Source: Calditrichaceae bacterium (GTDB taxonomy: Bacteria > Calditrichota > Calditrichia > RBG-13-44-9 > J075). From it: DNA of 64,000 nucleotides. Of the stretch, positions 43,383 through 51,153 are shown one piece after another. The notes beneath the pieces were generated by a model. That model was not told the origin of the DNA. It saw nothing but the letters and a program-made list of their open reading frames with translations, and searched no databases. The position numbers and the translations under genes are program-made. Every line of letters starts with the position of its first letter. The first letter of the stretch is position 1. The DNA lies in assembly GCA_013360445.1 (NCBI GenBank), contig JABWBP010000026.1, positions 6,389-70,388 of the forward strand, given 5' to 3'.

Positions 43383-44666
43383 ATGACCACCCTCATCATC
43401 GCTCTCATTCTCGCCCTGCTGGCGCTCTACGGAACTCCCCTGTTCGCCATCATCAGCGCCATTGCCCTGTTAGCTTTTTATTTTGCCGGCATCGATACCT
43501 CGGTGGTCATCGTGGAGCTTTACCGCCTGGCCAGCCAGCCGGTGCTGTTAGCGATTCCCCTGTTCACCTTTGCGGGGTATTTGCTGGCGGAAAGCAAGGC
43601 GCCCAGCCGGCTGGTTAATTTCTCCCGGGCGCTCTTCGGCTGGATTCCGGGTGGATTGTCAATCGTCGCACTGCTGACCTGCGCGATTTTCACCGCCCTC
43701 ACCGGCGCTTCCGGGGTGACCATCATCGCCCTGGGGGGGCTGCTCTATCCCATCCTGATGCAGGAAAAATATCCGGAAAATTTCAACCTCGGCCTCCTCA
43801 CCTCTTCCGGGAACTTAGGGATGCTCTTTCCTCCCAGTTTGCCGATCATCGTCTATGGCCTCATCAGTGAAGTGAGCGTCGATAAGCTGTTCATCGCCGG
43901 TTTTGTTCCCGGTTTGTTGATGATCGTGCTTCTTTCTATCTACAGCGTTTATAAAGTGAAGGGAATGACCCTCTCGACCACCCCGTTCGATTTACGGAAG
44001 GCCCTGGTTGCCACCAAAGAGGCAGCCTGGGAGCTGCCCCTGCCCCTGATCATTATAGTAGGGATTTACGGAGGATTTTTCACCCCCACGGAGGCCGCGG
44101 CGGTTACGGCCTTTTACGTGCTGATCGTAGAAGTGTTCATTTACCGCGACATCAAGATCAAAACCGGTCTGCCCCGGGTGATGCGCGAGAGCATGGTACT
44201 GGTGGGCGGCATCCTGGTGATCCTGGCGGCGGCCCTGGGTATGGCCAATTATATGATCGACGCCGAGATCCCCATGGCCATTCTGGATTTTATGAAGAAC
44301 TTCATTTCCAGCAAAATCCTGTTTCTCATCACCCTGAACATTTTCCTGTTAGTGGTGGGCTGCCTGTTAGATGTTTTCTCCGCCATCTTAGTAGTGGTTC
44401 CCCTGATCATTCCCATTGCGCAGAATTTCGGGGTCGATCCGGTGCATTTGGGGATCATTTTCCTCGCCAATTTAGGCATCGGCTACACCACCCCGCCGGT
44501 GGGAATGAATCTGTTCATCGCCAGCTTCCGTTTCGAGAAGCCGGTAATTCAGTTGTACGTGGCCTCGCTTCCCTTCCTGGCCATTATGTTGATTGCCCTG
44601 GTTTTGATTACCTACATCCCCGATTTAAGCCTGTGGCTGGTGGATTTATTGAGCCATAATCCATGA
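43383..44666 (+). CDS. TRAP transporter large permease (DctM type)
   Basis: 427 aa, about 12 TM. LFTFAGYLLAESKAPSRLV and GYTTPPVGMNLF blocks are typical of DctM. Confidence 0.9.
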   Translation: MTTLIIALILALLALYGTPLFAIISAIALLAFYFAGIDTSVVIVELYRLASQPVLLAIPLFTFAGYLLAESKAPSRLVNFSRALFGWIPGGLSIVALLTCAIFTALTGASGVTIIALGGLLYPILMQEKYPENFNLGLLTSSGNLGMLFPPSLPIIVYGLISEVSVDKLFIAGFVPGLLMIVLLSIYSVYKVKGMTLSTTPFDLRKALVATKEAAWELPLPLIIIVGIYGGFFTPTEAAAVTAFYVLIVEVFIYRDIKIKTGLPRVMRESMVLVGGILVILAAALGMANYMIDAEIPMAILDFMKNFISSKILFLITLNIFLLVVGCLLDVFSAILVVVPLIIPIAQNFGVDPVHLGIIFLANLGIGYTTPPVGMNLFIASFRFEKPVIQLYVASLPFLAIMLIALVLITYIPDLSLWLVDLLSHNP

Positions 44667-44895
44667 AAATTGGTAACTATTCAGGCATTTTGCCACAGAG
44701 TTCACAGAGCACACAGAGACATGGAAAAATTTGTTGAACAAACCCGTTATGTAGAAAAAAATGTTCCATATACCGAGATAATGGTTTCAAATGCTCTCCA
44801 CGAAGTAGTGGATACCCAAAATTCTTCCTCTGTGGCCTCTGTGAACTTCGCATGGTGAGTTTATCGAACCATGTGGCTGAATAGTAACGAAAATT
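44667..44895. repeat. ~230-bp palindromic element (MITE-like) with 'cacagag' word arms
   Basis: Termini aaaattggtaactattcagg (44667-44686) vs gctgaatagtaacgaaaatt (44876-44895). Arms ccacagagttcacagagcacacagagac (44692-44720) vs cctctgtggcctctgtgaac (44827-44846). Starts immediately after the dctM stop. Confidence 0.75.
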
Positions 44896-44971
44896 GTATC
44901 AAATAAAGTTTGAAATCGACGCGACACCCGCTTAAATTTTCTTCCGATCTAAAAATCCAGGATAGCTAATC

Positions 44972-45190
44972 ATGGAAAATACTTTTACAGCCATCATTAA
45001 AAAGATAAACGGCGGGTACGTCGGTTATGCCGCAGAATTGCCGGGAGCAAATACCCAGGGGGAAACCGTTGAAGAGACCCTTGAAAATTTAAAAGAAGCA
45101 ATTGTTCTGGTATTGCAAGCGAATCGAGAGATTACCGAGGCGACGATGGGGGGCGAAGTCATTCGGGAAACCATCAAAGTCAGCGCCTGA
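44972..45190 (+). CDS. hicB: HicB-family antitoxin
   Basis: 72 aa. FTAIIKKINGGYVGYAAELPGANTQGETVEETLENLKEAI is the HicB RNase-H-like fold signature. Its stop overlaps the hicA start. Confidence 0.75.
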   Translation: MENTFTAIIKKINGGYVGYAAELPGANTQGETVEETLENLKEAIVLVLQANREITEATMGGEVIRETIKVSA

Positions 45191-45378
45191 TGAAACGAAA
45201 AGCGCTGCTCAAGCATTTAGAAAAGCATGGCTGCCGTCTTTATCGCGAGGGCGCTAAACACACTTTATACTGGAATCCTGCCAACAACAAAGTCACTACC
45301 ATCCCCCGGCATTCGGAACTCTTCGACTTTTTAGCGGTGAAGATTTGCAAAGACCTGGATGTTCCACCACCCAAGTAA
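45190..45378 (+). CDS. hicA: HicA-family toxin (mRNA interferase)
   Basis: 62 aa. LLKHLEKHGCRLYREGAKHTLYWNP...TIPRHSE matches the HicA pattern. Confidence 0.8.
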   Translation: MKRKALLKHLEKHGCRLYREGAKHTLYWNPANNKVTTIPRHSELFDFLAVKICKDLDVPPPK

Positions 45379-45395
45379 AGCCCTGGATAAACCCC

Positions 45396-45881
45396 ATGCA
45401 CTTCAGCATTCGAGAAGCCACCCGCGAGGACGTCCCCGCCCTGTTGAAATTAATCAAAGACCTGGCGGTTTATGAACGACTGCTCGACCAGGTCGTCGCC
45501 AGCGAAGACCTGCTTGCCCGCGCCGGTTTCGGCGAAGAGCGTTTCTTCCGGGCGCTTTTAGCCGAAGACGCGGAGAAGCAGGCCATCGGTTTCGCGCTCT
45601 ATTTCTTCACCTTTTCCACCTTCCTTGCCCGACCCACGCTCTACCTGGAAGACCTCTTCGTATTGCCGGAACTGCGCGGGCGCGGCGTGGGCAAAGCGCT
45701 GCTGCGCGAATTGGCCAAAATTGCCCTGGCAAAGGGATGCGGGCGCATGGAGTGGGCGGTGCTGAATTGGAATCAACCGGCGATTGATTTTTATCGCTCC
45801 TTAGGCGCGCTTCCCCAGGAGGAATGGACCACTTTCCGGCTGACCGGCGAAGCCCTCGAACGCTTGAGCAAGGCGGATTGA
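45396..45881 (+). CDS. GNAT-family N-acetyltransferase (diamine/SSAT-like)
   Basis: ATG 45396 (track start 45345). FSIREATREDVPALLKLIKDLAVYE. Acetyl-CoA motif LRGRGVGKALL. Confidence 0.8.
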   Translation: MHFSIREATREDVPALLKLIKDLAVYERLLDQVVASEDLLARAGFGEERFFRALLAEDAEKQAIGFALYFFTFSTFLARPTLYLEDLFVLPELRGRGVGKALLRELAKIALAKGCGRMEWAVLNWNQPAIDFYRSLGALPQEEWTTFRLTGEALERLSKAD

Positions 45882-45883
45882 CG

Positions 45884-46888
45884 ATGGACCGGGCATTGGA
45901 CGCGCTGCGAGAACCGCTCAGCCGTTTTTTTGACACCCCCAATTTTATCATCGCCCCCCTTCCCGGTGGGGCGTCTTCGCGAAGGTATTTCAAGATTATT
46001 TTCCCCGAGGGCGCCTCCTACTTTCCCGCCCCGGCAATTCTCCTCACCACCATTCCCCGCGATGAAGCGGCGATTTTAGACGACTACGTAAACGTCGCTT
46101 ACTATCTCAAAAGAAGCGGCGTTCCCATTCCGGCGCTCTATGAGATCAACCGCGCCGAGGGGTGGGTATTTTCAGAGTACCTCGAGATTCCCACCCTGGA
46201 AGAACATCTCCGCCGCTCGCCGCGTGAAATCGGGAAAATTTTGCCGGAGGCGCTGCGATTCCTTTTGGAAATGCAACAAAAGTGCGTCTTCGAAGCGCAT
46301 TGCCCGGCCTTTCAGCGCCGCTTCGATTATCAAAAATATATGTTCGAGTTCGATTTCCACGTGCGGGAGCAATTACTGGATTTTTATTATCAGCACGACT
46401 ATGATTCTGCGTTTCTGCAAGATTTTGCCCGCCACATCAGTACAACGCTGGACATTGATCTGCCAATTTTCGTGCACCGGGATTTCCAAAGCAGCAACCT
46501 CTTTTACGATTCCGCTGCGCCGGCAAACCGTTTCAAGATCATTGATTTTCAAGACGCCCGGCGCGGCAGCCCGGTATATGACCCGGTCTCCTGCCTGTGG
46601 GATTCCTACCTTCCGGTCCGTGAGGAGTTGCGCCGGGAGTTGCTGAAAGTATATTTTGAGCAGTTGCCGCAGTTGAGGATTTCCTGGGAGTGGGAATATT
46701 ATGAAAAAATCGTGGATTACACTGTCATCCAGCGCAAGCTGCACGACGCCGGGGCGTTTGCCTACAATTTTCGGCGCTTCGGGAGCAAGAAATACGTCGG
46801 TTTTATTGAGACGGCGATAGAAATGGCGTTAAAGAAAATGAGGAAATACCGGGAATTTGCTCACGCCTGCAAGATTTTCGAGCGGTAG
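45884..46888 (+). CDS. APH-fold kinase, AmgK-like (possible anomeric sugar kinase)
   Basis: ATG 45884, 2 nt after the GNAT stop. Catalytic VHRDFQSSNLFY and IIDFQDARRGSPVYD. The AmgK assignment is tentative. Confidence 0.6.
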   Translation: MDRALDALREPLSRFFDTPNFIIAPLPGGASSRRYFKIIFPEGASYFPAPAILLTTIPRDEAAILDDYVNVAYYLKRSGVPIPALYEINRAEGWVFSEYLEIPTLEEHLRRSPREIGKILPEALRFLLEMQQKCVFEAHCPAFQRRFDYQKYMFEFDFHVREQLLDFYYQHDYDSAFLQDFARHISTTLDIDLPIFVHRDFQSSNLFYDSAAPANRFKIIDFQDARRGSPVYDPVSCLWDSYLPVREELRRELLKVYFEQLPQLRISWEWEYYEKIVDYTVIQRKLHDAGAFAYNFRRFGSKKYVGFIETAIEMALKKMRKYREFAHACKIFER

Positions 46889-46934
46889 AATTCAAATCTA
46901 CCGGCCGGAATCCAAATTGTGGAGGAGTGAAAAA

Positions 46935-49712
46935 ATGCAATCCGATTCTATCGTAAAACGGATTCAAAGGAAGATGCTTAGCTGTGATTTGAATTCTGGG
47001 CGGCATATCTGGCAAATAATGGCGCTCTGCTGGATCATCATAGTGACAACCCAGGTTTTTTCCCAGGATTCCACTTCTGCGCAGGATGAACTCACCCAAA
47101 AAATCATCAATTTGCACCAGCGCGCGGAAGAAGGATCGGGAGCGGACCTGGGGCAAAGTTTGAGGTTTTATCAGGAAGCATTAGCCCTGGCCCGGGAAAC
47201 CGGCAACAACCTGGCCGCAGCCGTTACTGCAAATTTCCTGGGAACCATGCTGGAAGATGCCGGCGAGAACCAACAAGCGCTCTATTTTTATGAACAGGGA
47301 CTCAAAATCTTAAGCGCCAGCCTGGAAGACAGCACCCAACGCTTCATATCCGATGCCTTGAATAAATTGAGAGAGAAAGAAAAAGAGTATTTCAGTTTGA
47401 AGCGGGAACCGCTCGGAACGGACGTTTACCGGGGCGTGATCGAGGATTTAAGGGCCTTTTTCGGCCAGCCAGCTTCCCTGGCAGAACGCCAGGCCGCCGT
47501 TTATCTGTTCATGAATGCCGGCAATATCTATCTCCAACAATACCAATTTGAGCCGGCCGACCTGGATTATCAAGCTGCCGAATCGCTTGCGCGGCAGTTC
47601 CCTTCCGATCTGCAAAACCGCAAAGTGATCACCAACCTTGCCTGGAGCGCCATCAAAAACAATGCCCTTAGCCGGGCGGACAGTCTATTAAAGATTGCCC
47701 TTTCTTCCTTACCGGAAACTCAAATGGTGGAAATGCGCCGGGCCTGTCTGGCGCAGGGAATTGTTCTAAGGGATCAGGATGATTTCTCCCGGGCAATCCA
47801 TCAGATCGACCGGGCGGTCTCTTTATATAAAACTGCCCAGGATACCCTGGGGCTTCCGCAGGCGCTAAGCCATTTGGCGATTGCCCACTTAGAAGCCGGG
47901 AATAACCATACCGCCCTGCCGCTCTTCCGGGAGGCGTTGGAGCTTAGCAAACATTTGAAGGATCCCCAAAGCGCCTGGCAGGCTAACGCCGGTATGGGAG
48001 AATGCTACCACCGCCTGGGTGATAATGAAAAATCGTTGAAGTATTACCGGGAATATTACCGCGTGATTCAAACCATCCGGCAAAGTTTTTATACCGACCA
48101 GGGCAAAGTCAGCTTTCTGGAAAACCAGGTTCCCCATTTGAAATCCTACGCCGCTGTCCTGCTCCGGGTCTATGGCCGCAAGGGGAATTACCGGCCGCTG
48201 CGGGGAATCCTGGAAGATATCCGCGGCGGCGCCCTGGAAACTTTGCATCTCTATCGCCAGGCGGCTGCGCGGCGGCCGGCGGGCGCGTTACCCCTGGATT
48301 ACCTCACGAATCCCCGGGAGTGGCGCGGGCTAAGGGATATGGAGATAGCGCTTCCGGATTCGAGCGGAGATTTACGGGAATTAAAAAGCGCCGGGGGAGT
48401 TATAGTGCTCCCTGAGAATGCCGTCCAGCGGGCTGCCAATGTTCCCAGCGCGCCGGTTCGCTCTCAAACTGCTGCGCCGATTTCCCCGCCCAAAGTAACC
48501 TTCCTGGAGTACTTTATTTTGTCTGATAGCGTGGTGGCCCTGCTGAAAACCCCGCAGGATTCGCTGTATGGCGTTACCCTTGGAGTTAAAAAGGATTCCC
48601 TGGCAGAACTCACCCGGGCCTTTGCAAGCGAGATGGGAGTTGCCGAACCCCGCAGTTTTGCAATCAATCGGAATAGCCTGCCGGCCTGGAGGGAGGATGT
48701 TTCTCCGGATGCTAATGCGGAGAAACTTGCAAAGCTCTCGAAAAAACTATACCGCTGCCTGGTTGAGCCGGTATTGCCATTTTTGCCCCCGGCGGGATCG
48801 GAAATCGTGCTGATACCGGACAATTTTTTATGGGGAATGCCCTTTGCCGCGCTGCAAAATGAAGAGGGAATTTACTTCTGCGACCGGTTTCTGTTGAGTT
48901 ACGCCCCGGCAGAAGGTCTGTACCGACTGCTGGCCGGCCGCCAACGACAGTTTGACCCTCAAACCGCCCGGGCCTGGATCATCGGCGATCCGCGTATGCC
49001 GGATTCCCTGCGGGCTTGCAAGCAAACCATGCGTTGGGCCGCCCTGCCGGGGGCAAGGGCGGAAGCGGAAGCAATCGGGAGATTATTTGCAGCGGACCGC
49101 GCAAAGGTGTTTTATGGGAATACAGCCGATCGCCTGCGCCTGGAAGCCTGGCATCCGGGTTTCGATATTCTGCATTTTGCCACTCATGGTTTCGCCTGCC
49201 CCGAAGACCCTCTCAGCTCTTTTATCATTTTGAGCGAGCTGCGGGATGGCGAAATAACCCCTGATGAGCCGGGAAAACAGATCATTGTTGCCCGGGACCC
49301 CCGCTTCCCGGTAAAAGTTTTGTTTTCGCCGGATGCCGCCCGCGACACTCGCCACCAGTTTCCCCGGGCCTTTCCCGGGGTTTTGGAGGCCCGCACGGTG
49401 ATTCAAACCTTTGATCTGAATGCCGACCTGGTCACCCTGAGCGCCTGCCAGACCGGCCTGGGAAAATTCCTGGGCCAGGGGCCGATCGGGTTTACCCGCG
49501 CCTTTCTGGCCGCCGGGGCGCGCTCCCTGCTGGTCAGCCTTTGGAACGTGAACGACCAGGCCACCCGGGAGTGGATGGTCGCTTTTTACACCGCTTACCT
49601 GGAGCATGGCAATAAGGCGCGGGCTTTGCAGCAAGCCATGCAGCAGACCCGGGTAAAATATCCGGAACCTAAGAACTGGGCAGCTTTTACCCTGGTCGGT
49701 TTGGCGGAATAA
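46935..49712 (+). CDS. Signal-anchored TPR-CHAT protease (caspase-fold His/Cys dyad)
   Basis: ATG 46935 after a ggaggag RBS. N-terminal hydrophobic IWQIMALCWIIIVTTQVFSQ. Multiple TPR-like repeats. CHAT dyad contexts ILHFATHGF and LVTLSACQTG. Confidence 0.8.
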   Translation: MQSDSIVKRIQRKMLSCDLNSGRHIWQIMALCWIIIVTTQVFSQDSTSAQDELTQKIINLHQRAEEGSGADLGQSLRFYQEALALARETGNNLAAAVTANFLGTMLEDAGENQQALYFYEQGLKILSASLEDSTQRFISDALNKLREKEKEYFSLKREPLGTDVYRGVIEDLRAFFGQPASLAERQAAVYLFMNAGNIYLQQYQFEPADLDYQAAESLARQFPSDLQNRKVITNLAWSAIKNNALSRADSLLKIALSSLPETQMVEMRRACLAQGIVLRDQDDFSRAIHQIDRAVSLYKTAQDTLGLPQALSHLAIAHLEAGNNHTALPLFREALELSKHLKDPQSAWQANAGMGECYHRLGDNEKSLKYYREYYRVIQTIRQSFYTDQGKVSFLENQVPHLKSYAAVLLRVYGRKGNYRPLRGILEDIRGGALETLHLYRQAAARRPAGALPLDYLTNPREWRGLRDMEIALPDSSGDLRELKSAGGVIVLPENAVQRAANVPSAPVRSQTAAPISPPKVTFLEYFILSDSVVALLKTPQDSLYGVTLGVKKDSLAELTRAFASEMGVAEPRSFAINRNSLPAWREDVSPDANAEKLAKLSKKLYRCLVEPVLPFLPPAGSEIVLIPDNFLWGMPFAALQNEEGIYFCDRFLLSYAPAEGLYRLLAGRQRQFDPQTARAWIIGDPRMPDSLRACKQTMRWAALPGARAEAEAIGRLFAADRAKVFYGNTADRLRLEAWHPGFDILHFATHGFACPEDPLSSFIILSELRDGEITPDEPGKQIIVARDPRFPVKVLFSPDAARDTRHQFPRAFPGVLEARTVIQTFDLNADLVTLSACQTGLGKFLGQGPIGFTRAFLAAGARSLLVSLWNVNDQATREWMVAFYTAYLEHGNKARALQQAMQQTRVKYPEPKNWAAFTLVGLAE

Positions 49713-49808
49713 CCGCATTTGACAAAAACCATTTTGTGTTTTTCGTGTGTTTAGTGGGCAAATCAAAAACGCAAAACTAATGACTATAGGTGAGTTACAC
49801 TTGCTCAC

Positions 49809-50177
49809 TCAGGCTTGGCATAGTTTCATTTTCAAAATTTCGGCGACAAATTCTTTGATGTATTCGTCCACATCTTCGGCAATGCTCATAAAGATATCCA
49901 AAACTTCTTGCAGATCGATGGATTCCAGCCGGCGGAGCACCGGCGAGGCGTTATAGAAGCGGTTCTCATCATCTATCCCGGCGTACCACAGGGAATTGCT
50001 GCTCTTCCATTCCACCACCTTCTCTTCCCATTTCCTGTCGAAATAGAATTGAAATCGCACAATGGCGCGGCTGTCGCGCTGTTCCCAGATATAAAGCTCC
50101 GAATCGCAGTTCTCGCTGGCAAACCAGCGGAACCGCAACGCCGGGTCATCCTGTCGCACGGTGGTGATTTCATACAT
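49809..50177 (-). CDS. Hypothetical cytoplasmic protein
   Basis: 122 aa with no recognisable motif. Convergent with the CHAT gene and divergent from the DUF4160 gene. Confidence 0.4.
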   Translation of the reverse strand: MYEITTVRQDDPALRFRWFASENCDSELYIWEQRDSRAIVRFQFYFDRKWEEKVVEWKSSNSLWYAGIDDENRFYNASPVLRRLESIDLQEVLDIFMSIAEDVDEYIKEFVAEILKMKLCQA

Positions 50178-50481
50178 GGCCGAACTCCCTGTTGGCGCGC
50201 CGCCTTGATGATTGAAGAATGAAGATTGATGATTGCTATTCCCGGTGTTGCATTAAAAGAAAACGTCAGGGGAATTGCCGGAAAGAATCAATTGTCAATG
50301 AGAAATCGCGAATGCTAAATTCTTCAACTAAACAGAGGGATTATAATCAGGGGCGAGGGCAGCTCTCAATGAGGGGCGTCACATTGGATATTGTGAAAGT
50401 GATTCGTATCTCCATAATATATGACAATTGCTTGTCCTGTCACCTGACCTTTCTCGAAGGGATGGCTTCGGGAAAGGTCAG

Positions 50482-50509
50482 TTGAAATTACAGACAATTG
50501 CTTTATAAT
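50482..50509 (+). promoter_or_regulatory. Promoter of the DUF4160/DUF2442 pair with operator-like repeat
   Basis: TTGAAA (50482-50487), 16 nt spacer, TATAAT (50504-50509). The 11-mer gacaattgctt occurs in the spacer (50493-50503) and 70 bp upstream (50423-50433, within the palindrome GACAAttgcTTGTC). Confidence 0.45.
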
Positions 50510-50546
50510 AGACAAGACAGTATATTGGGGCAAAATAAAAAGTGGA

Positions 50547-50792
50547 GTGATTTTGAGCCCGAGGGTATTTTTTGAAGGCCCTTACTGGCTTTACTTCTAC
50601 GCTTCAGACCACAAGGAACCGGTTCATGTGCATGTGAGTAGGGATGATAAAGAAGTAAAAATATGGCTGGAGACGTTCGAAGTCGCATTCAATCGTAAGT
50701 TCAGCCAGAAAGAAATCCGGGATATTATTAGGATCATAGAAAGACGCAGACAAGAAATTGAGGATAAATGGAATGACTTCTTTATTAAATGA
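50547..50792 (+). CDS. DUF4160-family protein
   Basis: 81 aa with a GTG start. FFEGPYWLYFYASDHKEPVHVHV matches the DUF4160 signature (...F..DH.PPH.H.). Confidence 0.65.
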   Translation: MILSPRVFFEGPYWLYFYASDHKEPVHVHVSRDDKEVKIWLETFEVAFNRKFSQKEIRDIIRIIERRRQEIEDKWNDFFIK

Positions 50793-51102
50793 ATTGGAAA
50801 AATCACTAACGGCTAAGATCGAAGATGTGGGAGTTGATAGTGATTTCGTAACGTTCAGGCTAAATGACGGGCGAGTGATCTCTTTTCCGGTTAGCTGGTC
50901 GCCAAGATTGCTGCACGGCACCATAGAAGAGAGAAATCACTGGGAGTTAATCGGCGGCGGCTTCGGGGTTCACTGGCCGAATCTGGATGAAGATATCAGC
51001 CTGGCGGGGGTTCTTTTAGGATTGCAGTCTGGCGAAAGTAAAAAATCTTTTCAACGCTGGCTTCAACAACGCAAGGATACGGTGGATTCCCTTGCCGGGT
51101 AA
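50773..51102 (+). CDS. DUF2442-family protein
   Basis: Overlaps the DUF4160 gene. VTFRLNDGRVISFPVSWSPRL...WELIGGGFGVHWPNLDEDISLAGVL is typical of DUF2442. The start is either 50758 or 50773. Confidence 0.65.
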   Translation: MTSLLNELEKSLTAKIEDVGVDSDFVTFRLNDGRVISFPVSWSPRLLHGTIEERNHWELIGGGFGVHWPNLDEDISLAGVLLGLQSGESKKSFQRWLQQRKDTVDSLAG

Positions 51103-51153
51103 CGATTTCCCTTACCACCTCAAATACGCTGTACAGTAGCTACTCAAATAGTC

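Noticed and set aside
44670-44858. 62-aa ORF (MVTIQAFCHRVHRAHRD...) inside the palindromic element
   Set aside because: Its N- and C-terminal parts are simply translations of the cacagag/ctctgtg stutter arms. It has no RBS. It is most likely non-coding.
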